Shown here piece by piece: positions 19,532-27,494 of a stretch of DNA of 32,000 nt. Every line of letters starts with the position of its first letter. The first letter of the stretch is position 1. The notes below the pieces were generated by a model. It did not search any database and was not told the DNA's origin. It saw only the letters and a list, made by a program, of their open reading frames with translations. The stretch is from Candidatus Saccharimonadota bacterium (GTDB lineage: Archaea > Micrarchaeota > Micrarchaeia > Micrarchaeales > Micrarchaeaceae). A program made the position numbers and the translations under genes. Location: the NCBI RefSeq assembly GCF_002214165.1, contig NZ_CP019964.1:780001-812000 (forward strand), read 5' to 3'.

Positions 19532-20124
19532 TTAGTGCGTTTTTTTCAATGATGCAATTACCTTATTTATATTTTTACTCCCATAGCCTTTGTAGTTATT
19601 TGCAAGCTCAGTTAACCTCTTTTTATTTAAACTGCCAAGATACTCCTTCAGCTGATCTATCGAATACATACCTAAATATATACCATCGATTATGGCTTTT
19701 TCTGGTTCTGCAACGAATGCATAACTCTGCCCTCTCTCTACTCGTTTATACCCATAAAATAATGAAGGAGGTATCTTATGGTAATTTATCCCAAGCTCCT
19801 CCAATCTAATTGAGTTTACAGTGGTTACACACTCTATATCCCTTGGGACTTGCTGTATTATATCATGAAAAAGTAAGGCAGATTCGATTGATATATAAGA
19901 GGGATTTATTAGCTGGGAGGCTATAGCAAAATTGTCATCCACTAATGAATATTTTCCACGCATAATCCTCTTTGCAAGATTTTTTTAACCATCCGTGCTG
20001 CATAGGCATTCCCAAATTTTTTGGATTTGCCTAATATATTTGCTATTTCTGAGGGTGTTATGACTGCACTTCCTGTTTTCAATGCAAAGTTTTTTATTGA
20101 ATAGAGGTTATTTTCTTTTGCCAT
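19532..20124 (-). pseudogene. AbiEi-type antitoxin/transcriptional regulator, frameshifted in a homopolymer
   Basis: The 60-aa ORF (19942..20124, ...AARMVKKILQRGLCVENIH*) and the 143-aa ORF (19532..19963) join into one AbiEi-like sequence, ...ARMVKKNLAKRIMRGKYSLVDD...PSYISIESALLFHDII..., if the A7 run (plus T7 at 19980..19986) were A8. Confidence 0.65.
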
Positions 20125-20273
20125 TTGTCATCCCCAAATAACTATATAGTTATTCTGGAATGATAAAAATAAAGGCTTGATGTTAATATTAGGCAGTGTA
20201 AGGTAAAGAGGGTGCTTTATGCAGTTAACCGTATTTTGAAGCGCTAAGCTTCGCCCTTAATTTTGCAGGGCCT

Positions 20274-21761
20274 TTAGTAAGACCTTGCAAAATTCACAAA
20301 ATACTTGGCTTCCTTTCCGCAGTATATGCATTTCTTACCATCCAAGTCATGCTGAGCATCAAAAGGCATATTGGTGGCTTTTGCCTTTGTTTCTTCAGCA
20401 ATTTTGTCTTCGCATTCGGTTGAGCCACACCAAGGAGCTTGGACAAATCCAGAGTCCTTGCCTATCAAGTCCTTGAACTTTTCGTAATCATAAACCTTGT
20501 GTATATGTGATTCCAAAAATTCTTTTGTTTTATTGTATAGGTTTTCGTGGATTTTGTCCAATGTTCCTTTGATCTTGCTCTCTGATTCATCTACGTTAAA
20601 GGTAAACTTTTCTCCTGTATCCCTCCTTTTTGCAGTTGCAAACCTTCCCTCGTACTCTTTCTGCCCTATTTCTAATCTTATTGGTATGCCCTTCAATTCA
20701 TATTCGTTGAATTTCCATCCCGGGGAGTATGCATCGCTGGAATCTACATATACACGAAGGTCTTTCATCTTGGATTTTAGCTCTTCGGCATATTTCAATA
20801 TTTTCTCCTTGTTGGAATCATTGTAAATTGGTATTATTACCACTTGTATTTCAGCCAATTTGGGTGGTATTACCAATCCCTTGTCATCGCTGTGCATAGC
20901 AACCATTATTCCTATCATACGAGTGGATATCGCAAATGTATTTTGGTGTACATATTGGTAATTGCCATTCTTATCGGTGAATTTTATGTCAAAACTTTTT
21001 GAGAAGTTCTGGCCATCGTTATGGAAATCCGGGCCTTGTATAGCCCATCCGTCAGGCATAAGCATTTCTATGCTGTAGCTGGCTATAGCTCCTGCGAACT
21101 TCTCCTTGTTTGTTTTCTTGCCGGGCACCCCTTCCAAAGCCAATACCTCTTTCAGCACCTTGCTGTAAATTCCAAGTACCTGTTCCCTTTCTTCAAGTGC
21201 CTCTTTTTCTGTTGCGAATGCGGTATGCCCCTCATTCCAAAGGAATTCCCTGCTTCTTATGAATGGGGTAGGGTGCTTGAACTCCCACCTAACTACATTG
21301 TTCCACTGGTTAAGCCTTAAAGGCAGGTCCCTCCATGATTTAATCCATCTAGAATAACTATCGTACATTATGGTTTCGGATGTGGGCCTTACTGCCAACC
21401 TTTCATCGAATGTTGAGTTTCCTGCACCCGTCACCCAAGCGACCTCAGGATTGAATCCTGCTATGTGCTCCTTTTCCTTGTTCAGGAATCTCTCAGGTAT
21501 AAATAATGGAAAATATGCATCCTTTATGCCCGCTTCCTTAAAAAGCACGTCCGTAGCCTCTCTTATCTTGTCCCATACATAATAGCTGCTAGGCCTAAAC
21601 ACGATTACTCCAGATACCGCACTGTAATCGATAAATTCAGAATTTATCAAAATCTGCGTGTACCACTCCGAGAAATTATCTTTCTTTTTTGCTGTCAATG
21701 CCTTGACCTGCTCTTTTTCATTTTCATCTGACATGGCTATCACTTTATACTTTGATTCCAT
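20274..21761 (-). CDS. proS: Prolyl-tRNA synthetase, archaeal/eukaryal type
   Basis: The 495-aa product has a class II core and a C-terminal Zn-binding-like domain ending ...CIYCGKEAKYFVNFARSY. The terminal Tyr is conserved in this ProRS type. Confidence 0.95.
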   Translation of the reverse strand: MESKYKVIAMSDENEKEQVKALTAKKKDNFSEWYTQILINSEFIDYSAVSGVIVFRPSSYYVWDKIREATDVLFKEAGIKDAYFPLFIPERFLNKEKEHIAGFNPEVAWVTGAGNSTFDERLAVRPTSETIMYDSYSRWIKSWRDLPLRLNQWNNVVRWEFKHPTPFIRSREFLWNEGHTAFATEKEALEEREQVLGIYSKVLKEVLALEGVPGKKTNKEKFAGAIASYSIEMLMPDGWAIQGPDFHNDGQNFSKSFDIKFTDKNGNYQYVHQNTFAISTRMIGIMVAMHSDDKGLVIPPKLAEIQVVIIPIYNDSNKEKILKYAEELKSKMKDLRVYVDSSDAYSPGWKFNEYELKGIPIRLEIGQKEYEGRFATAKRRDTGEKFTFNVDESESKIKGTLDKIHENLYNKTKEFLESHIHKVYDYEKFKDLIGKDSGFVQAPWCGSTECEDKIAEETKAKATNMPFDAQHDLDGKKCIYCGKEAKYFVNFARSY

Positions 21762-22338
21762 ACCTCTTTAGCTGTGGAAGCAATGAATCATAATTCACAA
21801 ATGTTATTGCTTTTATTCCAAGCTCCTCAGCTGCATACGTATTTACCTTCAAGTTATCTATGAATATTGATTCTTCCGGCTTGATATTAAATTGGTTTAT
21901 CACATGCTTATATATATTTTGTTCAGGCTTTACCATCCCTAAGTAGCCGGATAGAAAAGCTCTGTCGTAGTGCAGCTTATAAAGATAAAGCTTTCTCGCT
22001 AAAAGATACCTGGATATGCTTATATTGCTTAAAATTGCGATTTTGTAACTCTTTGATAGCTTATTTACCAGATTCATCATATTTAAGTCAAGGCTTGATT
22101 TTTGATAAAAGATTTTGTTCCAGTCAACATCTCCTTTTATGCCAAGGCCCTTCTTTATCCCGCTATACATATCGTTCAGTTCTATTTCTCCTTTTTCCAA
22201 ACTTTTGTTAAGAGGTTTGAAAGTGTCAATGACCTTCTTGAAATCTACATTAAACCTCTCACTTAGGTATCTGCAATAATAAGCCTCGTTGAAATCTATT
22301 ATCACGCCGCCTAAATCAAATATGACCAATTTAATCAT
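21745..22338 (-). CDS. HAD-superfamily hydrolase
   Basis: The product starts MIKLVIFDLGGVII, a HAD motif I variant. Later LSNIS and FIDN motifs match motifs II to IV. The gene overlaps the proS start by 17 nt. Confidence 0.8.
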   Translation of the reverse strand: MIKLVIFDLGGVIIDFNEAYYCRYLSERFNVDFKKVIDTFKPLNKSLEKGEIELNDMYSGIKKGLGIKGDVDWNKIFYQKSSLDLNMMNLVNKLSKSYKIAILSNISISRYLLARKLYLYKLHYDRAFLSGYLGMVKPEQNIYKHVINQFNIKPEESIFIDNLKVNTYAAEELGIKAITFVNYDSLLPQLKRYGIKV

Positions 22339-22471
22339 TTTAGCACACCATGAGTATTCTCTCCTAAAATTTCAGAAACGTCCCTTTGCCTCTTATAGAT
22401 ACTTATGTAGAAAAATTATTAATGATAAATCGAAATTAGCACTTTAAATAGGTGGTGCATAAACTTAGTAT

Positions 22472-23410
22472 TCAATAAAAAGATTCGATAGCTCTGTGGT
22501 ATGGGTTCTTTTTGTAAGTACCTTCTATTGGAATCTTACAGCCGCATTTCTTGCATCTGTTATCATTATCGAGATCCCACCTGGTTATCCCAAAGCCGTT
22601 CCTCCTTATAACTTCCTCTCCGCAGTTTGGGCAGTAAGTGCTTTCGTGTTCGTTTCCAGGAACGTTCCCTATGTATACGAACCTCAGCCCGTTCTTCTTC
22701 GCTATCTCATAATGCTCTTCCAAGCTCTTTAAGCTGGTATAAGGGTAATTGTACATCTTGTAATCCGGGTAGAACCTTGTAAACTGTATCGGCGTGTCCC
22801 TGCCAATGTTGCCTGCGATCCACTTTGTCAACGAATCTGCTGCCTCCAATGAGTCTCCGACTTTTGGGACTATCAAATCGGTTATCTCTATGTGTATACC
22901 AGCTTTACTCAAGTTTAACAAAGTCTCTTTTATGGGTTCTTCTTTTGGGACTGTTTCGTACTTGTTCATGAATTTCTGATCGCCATTTCCCTTAAAGTCA
23001 ACAACCACTGCATCTATCTTTCCCTTTATCGCTTCCACTGCCTCCTTTGTCATATAGCCATTGCTTACGAATACGGTAAACAATCCGTTCTTCTTGGCCA
23101 AATCGGCAACATCCAGCGCATATTCTATAAAGATGGTGGGCTCGTTATAAGTAAATGCAATACCGTCAACTTTGTTGGCAATTGCCATATCAACCAAGCT
23201 TTCGGGGCTTACATAATCCTGGTTTATCTCTTTTTCCTTGGATATCGCATGATTCTGGCAGAATGCACAATCAAAATTGCATGAATCTGTCCCGACTCCT
23301 AGCACCCAGCTGCCTGGCATGAAGTGGTTGAAGGGCTTCTTTTCTATAGGGTCTATCTGCATCGCTGATAAAGAATCAGGATACCAATAAGGCATACGCA
23401 GAGGTGTCAA
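22472..23410 (-). CDS. Radical SAM enzyme, AmmeMemoRadiSam / PflA-like family (N-terminus appears short)
   Basis: The product has DPIEKKPFNHFMPGS, then CNFDCAFCQNH (CxxxCxxC), and a C-terminal CPNCG...CKKCGC zinc ribbon. The start is TTG 23410 or ATG 23395, and an in-frame stop lies at 23429..23431. Confidence 0.8.
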   Translation of the reverse strand: MTPLRMPYWYPDSLSAMQIDPIEKKPFNHFMPGSWVLGVGTDSCNFDCAFCQNHAISKEKEINQDYVSPESLVDMAIANKVDGIAFTYNEPTIFIEYALDVADLAKKNGLFTVFVSNGYMTKEAVEAIKGKIDAVVVDFKGNGDQKFMNKYETVPKEEPIKETLLNLSKAGIHIEITDLIVPKVGDSLEAADSLTKWIAGNIGRDTPIQFTRFYPDYKMYNYPYTSLKSLEEHYEIAKKNGLRFVYIGNVPGNEHESTYCPNCGEEVIRRNGFGITRWDLDNDNRCKKCGCKIPIEGTYKKNPYHRAIESFY

Positions 23411-23595
23411 ATAATGACAACATACTTCTCAAAGGAATGAGCAAATCAACATTCTTTCAGAGCGTAAACTATTTACAGAACCTTGGATTAATCACCTTAA
23501 TAAAGAAAAAGATTGGCAGATACTATACAATGGAGTCGCAAATATTATTATCAGACGAATCAATAGTATCTGCGGAGCTAAGAAAAAGAATTTGA
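23404..23595 (+). CDS. Small winged-helix-like ORF or gene fragment at the island boundary
   Basis: STFFQSVNYLQNLGLITLIKKKIGRYY resembles a recognition helix plus wing. The GTG start overlaps the radical SAM start on the other strand, and ATG 23437 is an alternative start. It may be a remnant. Confidence 0.3.
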   Translation: MSNNDNILLKGMSKSTFFQSVNYLQNLGLITLIKKKIGRYYTMESQILLSDESIVSAELRKRI

Positions 23596-23621
23596 AAGAA
23601 ATAAGTTTTTATGATATAACA

Positions 23622-23629
23622 TTTATATA
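23622..23629 (+). promoter_or_regulatory. TATA-like box (TTTATATA) about 27 nt upstream of the GC-rich island
   Basis: The spacing fits archaeal TATA-to-start geometry if the island is transcribed from the plus strand. The flanks are AT-rich, so a chance match is possible. Confidence 0.3.
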
Positions 23630-23654
23630 AATAAATTTAAGAGTACATCCTAAA

Positions 23655-24105
23655 TTCCGCTTCGACTCAAATTCACCCCGACTTCGCTCCGCTCAGCCAC
23701 CCCTCTTTGAGCCTCCGCTATTTACTATGTGCCCTCCGCTCGCCTGCACGCCGAGCACAGGACCCCATGCTTCGCCTCCAATCAAAATTCACCCCGTCTT
23801 GCTTACGCAATCCACCCCTCTTTTGATTTACGGCTCGCACTCTTTCTCCGAAAGAGCCCCTCCTTTGCTACGCTCATCTGGGGTGGTGTCCTGTGCTCGC
23901 CGCTCGTGGTGTATGTGTGGTGCTACACACCATCGCTTCGCTTGGTGTTCCACACCACCCACCGCTGACGCTTACACCACTCGGTCCTGCTTCGCAGGAC
24001 TTCCGGCTCGCTTCGGGCACATTATTCTCTCCTGCGGAGTGCAATATAGGGGAGGGGGCTTAAGGGGATGCTTGACCGCACAATGTCGCTTCGCTTAGTG
24101 CGGAT
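23655..24105. ncRNA. GC-rich, hairpin-dense non-coding island; candidate novel structured RNA or ssDNA-active site (strand unresolved)
   Basis: GC content jumps sharply against AT-rich flanks. Five perfect hairpins, a 12-bp long-range inverted repeat and two paralogous stem-loops with compensatory closing pairs are present. The heptamer GCTTCGC occurs four times. Only implausible overlapping ORFs lie here. Details are in the findings. Confidence 0.45.
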
Positions 24106-24167
24106 AAATTGCTTATTTATCGATCATAAATTCTAAATATAAAAATCAAATATATGAAGGATGCTCA

Positions 24168-24341
24168 ATGGATAAGAAAGATGTTGAAAACTTGATGAAT
24201 GCGATTAAAATGACAGTGAACGTAGTTAAAAATGAATTTGATGTATTGGAGGGGATTGATAAAAAAGACCCAAAGAAAACACTTGACAGTATTAGCAAAG
24301 CCATAGATGATTTCTTAACCGATTTAAAGGGATTTAAATGA
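24168..24341 (+). CDS. Small acidic helical ORF (57 aa), hypothetical
   Basis: It reads ATG...TGA as MDKKDVENLMNAIKMTVNVVKNEFDVLEGIDKKDPKKTLDSISKAIDDFLTDLKGFK. It falls below the ORF-track cutoff and I have no homology knowledge. Confidence 0.3.
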   Translation: MDKKDVENLMNAIKMTVNVVKNEFDVLEGIDKKDPKKTLDSISKAIDDFLTDLKGFK

Positions 24342-24368
24342 ATCTTAAAATAGATTGGATATAATCTA

Positions 24369-24548
24369 TTATTTTCTTACGAATTTTACATTTACGTTTG
24401 GTACAAACCAAGAAGGAGTTCCCACGTCGATTTCATTTAGTTCAAATTTTCTTTGTCTGGTCTTCCTATCAACATTTTTAGTATATCCTCTTACGTATGT
24501 TCCATCTCTTCTTTTGTACGGCTTTACCCAAGCCTTATTAATCCACAT
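24369..24548 (-). CDS. Small basic ORF (59 aa), hypothetical nucleic-acid-binding protein
   Basis: The product is MWINKAWVKPYKRRDGTYVRGYTKNVDRKTRQRKFELNEIDVGTPSWFVPNVNVKFVRK. It lies antisense to the listed hydrophobic ORF 24355..24573 (TTG start). Which of the two, if either, is real cannot be decided here. Confidence 0.3.
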   Translation of the reverse strand: MWINKAWVKPYKRRDGTYVRGYTKNVDRKTRQRKFELNEIDVGTPSWFVPNVNVKFVRK

Positions 24549-24678
24549 TATAATATCATATCAAAATGATTAAAAACATTTTCTATTTTAGTATTCACTT
24601 AAAACATTAATCAAATCCCGACCGGTCCATTTAAACTATTAATCGAATACTTCTTATGCCATTACTCGTTATGCTATC

Positions 24679-25949
24679 ATGACCATTCAGCCCAAGTATC
24701 AGGATCTTCTTCTTGATGAGGATGTGCGGAGATGGTTTGAAAATTTAAGGGCAAAGTCAGTTTTGACTGCAACGGTGGCATTGAGAAACCTCGGTCATTA
24801 TTGCGAAATGACAGGAACAACGCCCAAGCAGATTCTCGAAAAGGCAAGGAAAAACGAGAAGGATTTCCGCTATGAATTTTCTGATTTTGTAAGGGAAATG
24901 GAGAGTAAAGGAAAAGCGGGCTCATACATTGCAAGGTTCAAGAAGGTTATTCTGTCATGGCTGAAGTTTAACGGTATCCGTTTACAGTTAGCCGTTAACA
25001 TATCCGGAGAGAACGAAACGCCGACGATAGCAAATGAGAGAGTGCCCAGCAAGGAAGAGCTTGCAAGAATATTGAGAAAAGCGACATCGCGAGGAAGGGT
25101 TATCATAGCATTAATGGCATTTTCAGGGCTAAGACCGGAATCGCTTGGAGATTACGAGGGCACTGATGGATTGCGATTGGGAGATTTAAAGGAGTTAAAA
25201 CTATCAGACGAGATACAGTTCGACAAGATCCCTGTTACTGTAATGGTGAAGAGCAAGCTTAGCAAGGCAAGGCATCAGTATTTCTCATTCATAGGTGAGG
25301 AGGGAGCAACATACATAAAGGAATACCTCGAAGAGAGGAGGAAACAGGGAGAGGAACTGACCTATGATTCGCCGCTGTTGCAGTTCGATGTCCGAGGAAT
25401 AAAGAAGAATGCATTCCTAAGGACAACGCTCGTTACAAGGGATGTCAGAGATGCAATATACGGGGCAGCGTATTAAGGGCGTATTTCTCAATGGCACTTG
25501 ACATAGCAGAGAGCAAGGGCTTAATATCGCATCCTTGGAGGCAGTTCATAATGGGGCACAAGGGCGATATCGAAGCCAGATACAGCACGAACAAGAGACT
25601 GCCTCCGGACATGATCGAGGAGATGCGCGAATCGTACAAGAAATGCTTAAAGTACCTCGAAACAAGGATAACAGAGCCATCGGAGATCGATGCAAAAATA
25701 TACCTACAACAGCAACTGCTTCTCGCAGTGGGCTACAAACAGGATGAAATCGATATGATGAACCTTGCTGAGATGGACAACGATGCATTCCAGAAACTTC
25801 TTCGCGACAAGGTTGCTGGCGCAATGTCAGGCAACGGCTCAAAGCAGAGGCTCGTGCCTGTAGATGAAATAGAAAAATTCCTCAGTCAAGGCTACGAGTT
25901 TCAGGCAGTTTTGCCCAACGGAAAGGCTATAATGAAAATGCCGTTTTAA
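24679..25949 (+). pseudogene. Tyrosine recombinase/integrase (archaeal integrase family), split by a frameshift
   Basis: ORF 24679..25476 has a SAM-like N-domain and box I (AFSGLRPESLGD). ORF 25491..25949 has box II (HPWRQFIMGHKGDIEARY). The conserved VLRAYFSMALDIAE segment is readable in frame 3 from 25461 (RGSVLRAYF...), while frame 1 ends ...RDAIYGAAY*. This implies a 1-nt indel around 25455-25465, next to a G4 run. Confidence 0.85.
25912..25942 (+). repeat. Direct repeat copy 1 (31 nt, inside the last codons of the integrase)
   Basis: TGCCCAACGGAAAGGCTATAATGAAAATGCC is identical to 27736..27766. Confidence 0.95.
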
Positions 25950-25971
25950 TTGTTAAAATATCATAGTAAAG

Positions 25972-25986
25972 TATATATATATATAA
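25972..25986 (+). promoter_or_regulatory. TATA-rich box upstream of cassette 1
   Basis: TATATATATATATAA is centred about 24 nt upstream of ATG 26003. This suggests a leaderless or short-leader mRNA and matches the geometry at cassette 2. Confidence 0.35.
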
Positions 25987-26002
25987 TTTTGATCTAATTA
26001 TT

Positions 26003-26878
26003 ATGGGTAGCCGTAAAAATGAATTAATAATGAGCGGAGCTGTGATAGTAAGCAAAGATGGAAACGTTTTGAAAACAAAGATTAATAACTACAAAACACC
26101 GATAAAAGTGTCACCAAAGATTCCAACCCCCAACGTTATCGCCAACAGTGGCTTGAAAAATATGTCTCTGATTTTCTCAGATAAGACACAGGGTTACCAC
26201 ATGGCATTCCGGGAAATGAATTATGACATCACAGAAAAGCAGGTAGTTCAGTCAGGAAAAGCATATTCATTATATTTTGAGATAACAGATGATGAAGACA
26301 CGACATATTTGGAAGGAAATATAATCCCTCTCGAAAGCAATAAAGGCGTTTTATTTTTATCGGTTAATGTTTCTCCCAAGAATCCAGAAAATGTTGACCT
26401 TTTTTCCCTTCCCATAGTCATTCGTTATAAAGGAAGCTTTCTGTCCATAATAAAAGACTTGAGTTCCATCATAAGTAATTTGAAAAAAGATGCGTCGACG
26501 AAACGAAACAGAATTTATGGAAAAATGGTGTCTCTTCTTGAAGCTTTTCCTGACATATATGCAAATAATCGAAATCGATTAGATATCATAAATAATCTAG
26601 AACTATCGTTCAAAGTTACCCTTATGGATTTTAATTTTACATGTTGTCTCGAAAATGCATTAAGTTTGACCGATTGTGTGCTTAGTGTTCCAGATATTGA
26701 AGAAATATGTGCTGAATGTTTGGTTTTACCCGATTGCTTGGCAGCTTGCTTTGACTTCCTAACACTCCCTGCATGTCTTGTCTGTTTTAGTCTTGATGTT
26801 CTTGCTTGCGCCTATTGTGTATATAAAGCAGGAGAATGCACTGAAGATGCAATAAAAGTGATTGACTGCTGCAAGTAA
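26003..26878 (+). CDS. Cassette 1 lead protein: Cys-free 213-aa N-domain plus a 78-aa hydrophobic C-terminal region with 14 Cys (candidate archaeocin precursor)
   Basis: The 291-aa product has no Cys in residues 1-213. Its Cys residues fall at 214, 215, 225, 236, 239, 245, 249, 258, 261, 269, 272, 279, 289 and 290 (nt 26642..26875). No N-terminal signal peptide is evident. Confidence 0.7.
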   Translation: MGSRKNELIMSGAVIVSKDGNVLKTKINNYKTPIKVSPKIPTPNVIANSGLKNMSLIFSDKTQGYHMAFREMNYDITEKQVVQSGKAYSLYFEITDDEDTTYLEGNIIPLESNKGVLFLSVNVSPKNPENVDLFSLPIVIRYKGSFLSIIKDLSSIISNLKKDASTKRNRIYGKMVSLLEAFPDIYANNRNRLDIINNLELSFKVTLMDFNFTCCLENALSLTDCVLSVPDIEEICAECLVLPDCLAACFDFLTLPACLVCFSLDVLACAYCVYKAGECTEDAIKVIDCCK

Positions 26879-26887
26879 AGTGACTTT

Positions 26888-27292
26888 ATGATTATAACCA
26901 GCAAGAGAAAGTTTTATGAATCCATACTTTCATATAGCATAGCTTGGATTTTCTTATATCTGTCAGTATTCCTATCACAGCACATAAAATATGATGGAAA
27001 CTTTACATCCGCAATACCTATATTATTTCCTCTGGTATTTGCCATGGTAGCCATAGGGGTCTCCATTTTGTTTATTCTTGGAAAGGAATATCCGTGGTTC
27101 TTTAGAACTGGAATTATGAGTCTTGCTATCGGAGTAACCCTATTCATTTTCGGGATAATAACGTATTATTCTGGTGTTGAATCTCTACTCTGGGGAGGGT
27201 CAGTAGGAATAGGCGTTTTGTTTGTAATTGCAGCAATTGTTAGATTAACTATACAAGGTGGCTTAAGTGCATACAGAAAAGCAAAGAATTAG
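26888..27292 (+). CDS. Small polytopic membrane protein (about 4 TM), cassette 1
   Basis: The 134-aa hydrophobic ORF starts 9 nt after the lead gene's stop. Confidence 0.6.
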   Translation: MIITSKRKFYESILSYSIAWIFLYLSVFLSQHIKYDGNFTSAIPILFPLVFAMVAIGVSILFILGKEYPWFFRTGIMSLAIGVTLFIFGIITYYSGVESLLWGGSVGIGVLFVIAAIVRLTIQGGLSAYRKAKN

Positions 27293-27494
27293 AGCAGTAT
27301 TTCTTTTGAGCTTTGGAACTGTATTTCTTATTTCAGGTATTGCGGGTCTATTATCGTTATCCATTTCCTATAACATTAAATCTTTTGGAACAGTAATTGC
27401 ATCGTTATCTGTTATTGCTGGAGCGTATTTTCTCCTCAATGCGTATTTTGTTTGGAACAACACAGCGACTAGAGGATTGGGAGAAGACACATGA
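27267..27494 (+). CDS. Small membrane protein (2 TM), cassette 1
   Basis: The 75-aa ORF has a GTG start that overlaps the previous ORF by 26 nt. Confidence 0.5.
   Translation: MHTEKQRIRAVFLLSFGTVFLISGIAGLLSLSISYNIKSFGTVIASLSVIAGAYFLLNAYFVWNNTATRGLGEDT

Noticed and set aside
23727-24098. ORFs 23727..24098 (123 aa) and 23729..23968 (79 aa) inside the GC-rich island
   Set aside because: They overlap each other in two frames, and their Cys/Pro/Arg/Ala/His-rich composition is unlike any other protein in the window. Long ORFs are expected by chance in GC-rich DNA, and the region is better explained by its dense hairpins and repeats.
23655-24105. Possibility that the GC-rich island is RNase P RNA, SRP RNA, a tRNA cluster, an rRNA fragment or a group II intron
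   Set aside because: By eye, on both strands, I found no GAGGAAAGUCC-type CR-I, no SRP helix-8 GGAA/AGCAGC-type motif with end-to-end pairing, no GTTCGAATC-type T-arms and no domain V-like hairpin. A covariance-model scan is still needed to exclude these formally.
24355-24573. Listed 72-aa hydrophobic plus-strand ORF
   Set aside because: It has a TTG start and a Phe/Leu/Thr-rich sequence lying exactly antisense to a compositionally more normal 59-aa basic ORF. Neither is well supported, and this one was not promoted to a feature.
25535-25842. ORFs 25535..25747 (+) and 25546..25842 (-) inside the integrase C-terminal half
   Set aside because: They are alternative-frame or antisense shadows of a region that clearly encodes the conserved integrase box II in the 25491..25949 frame.
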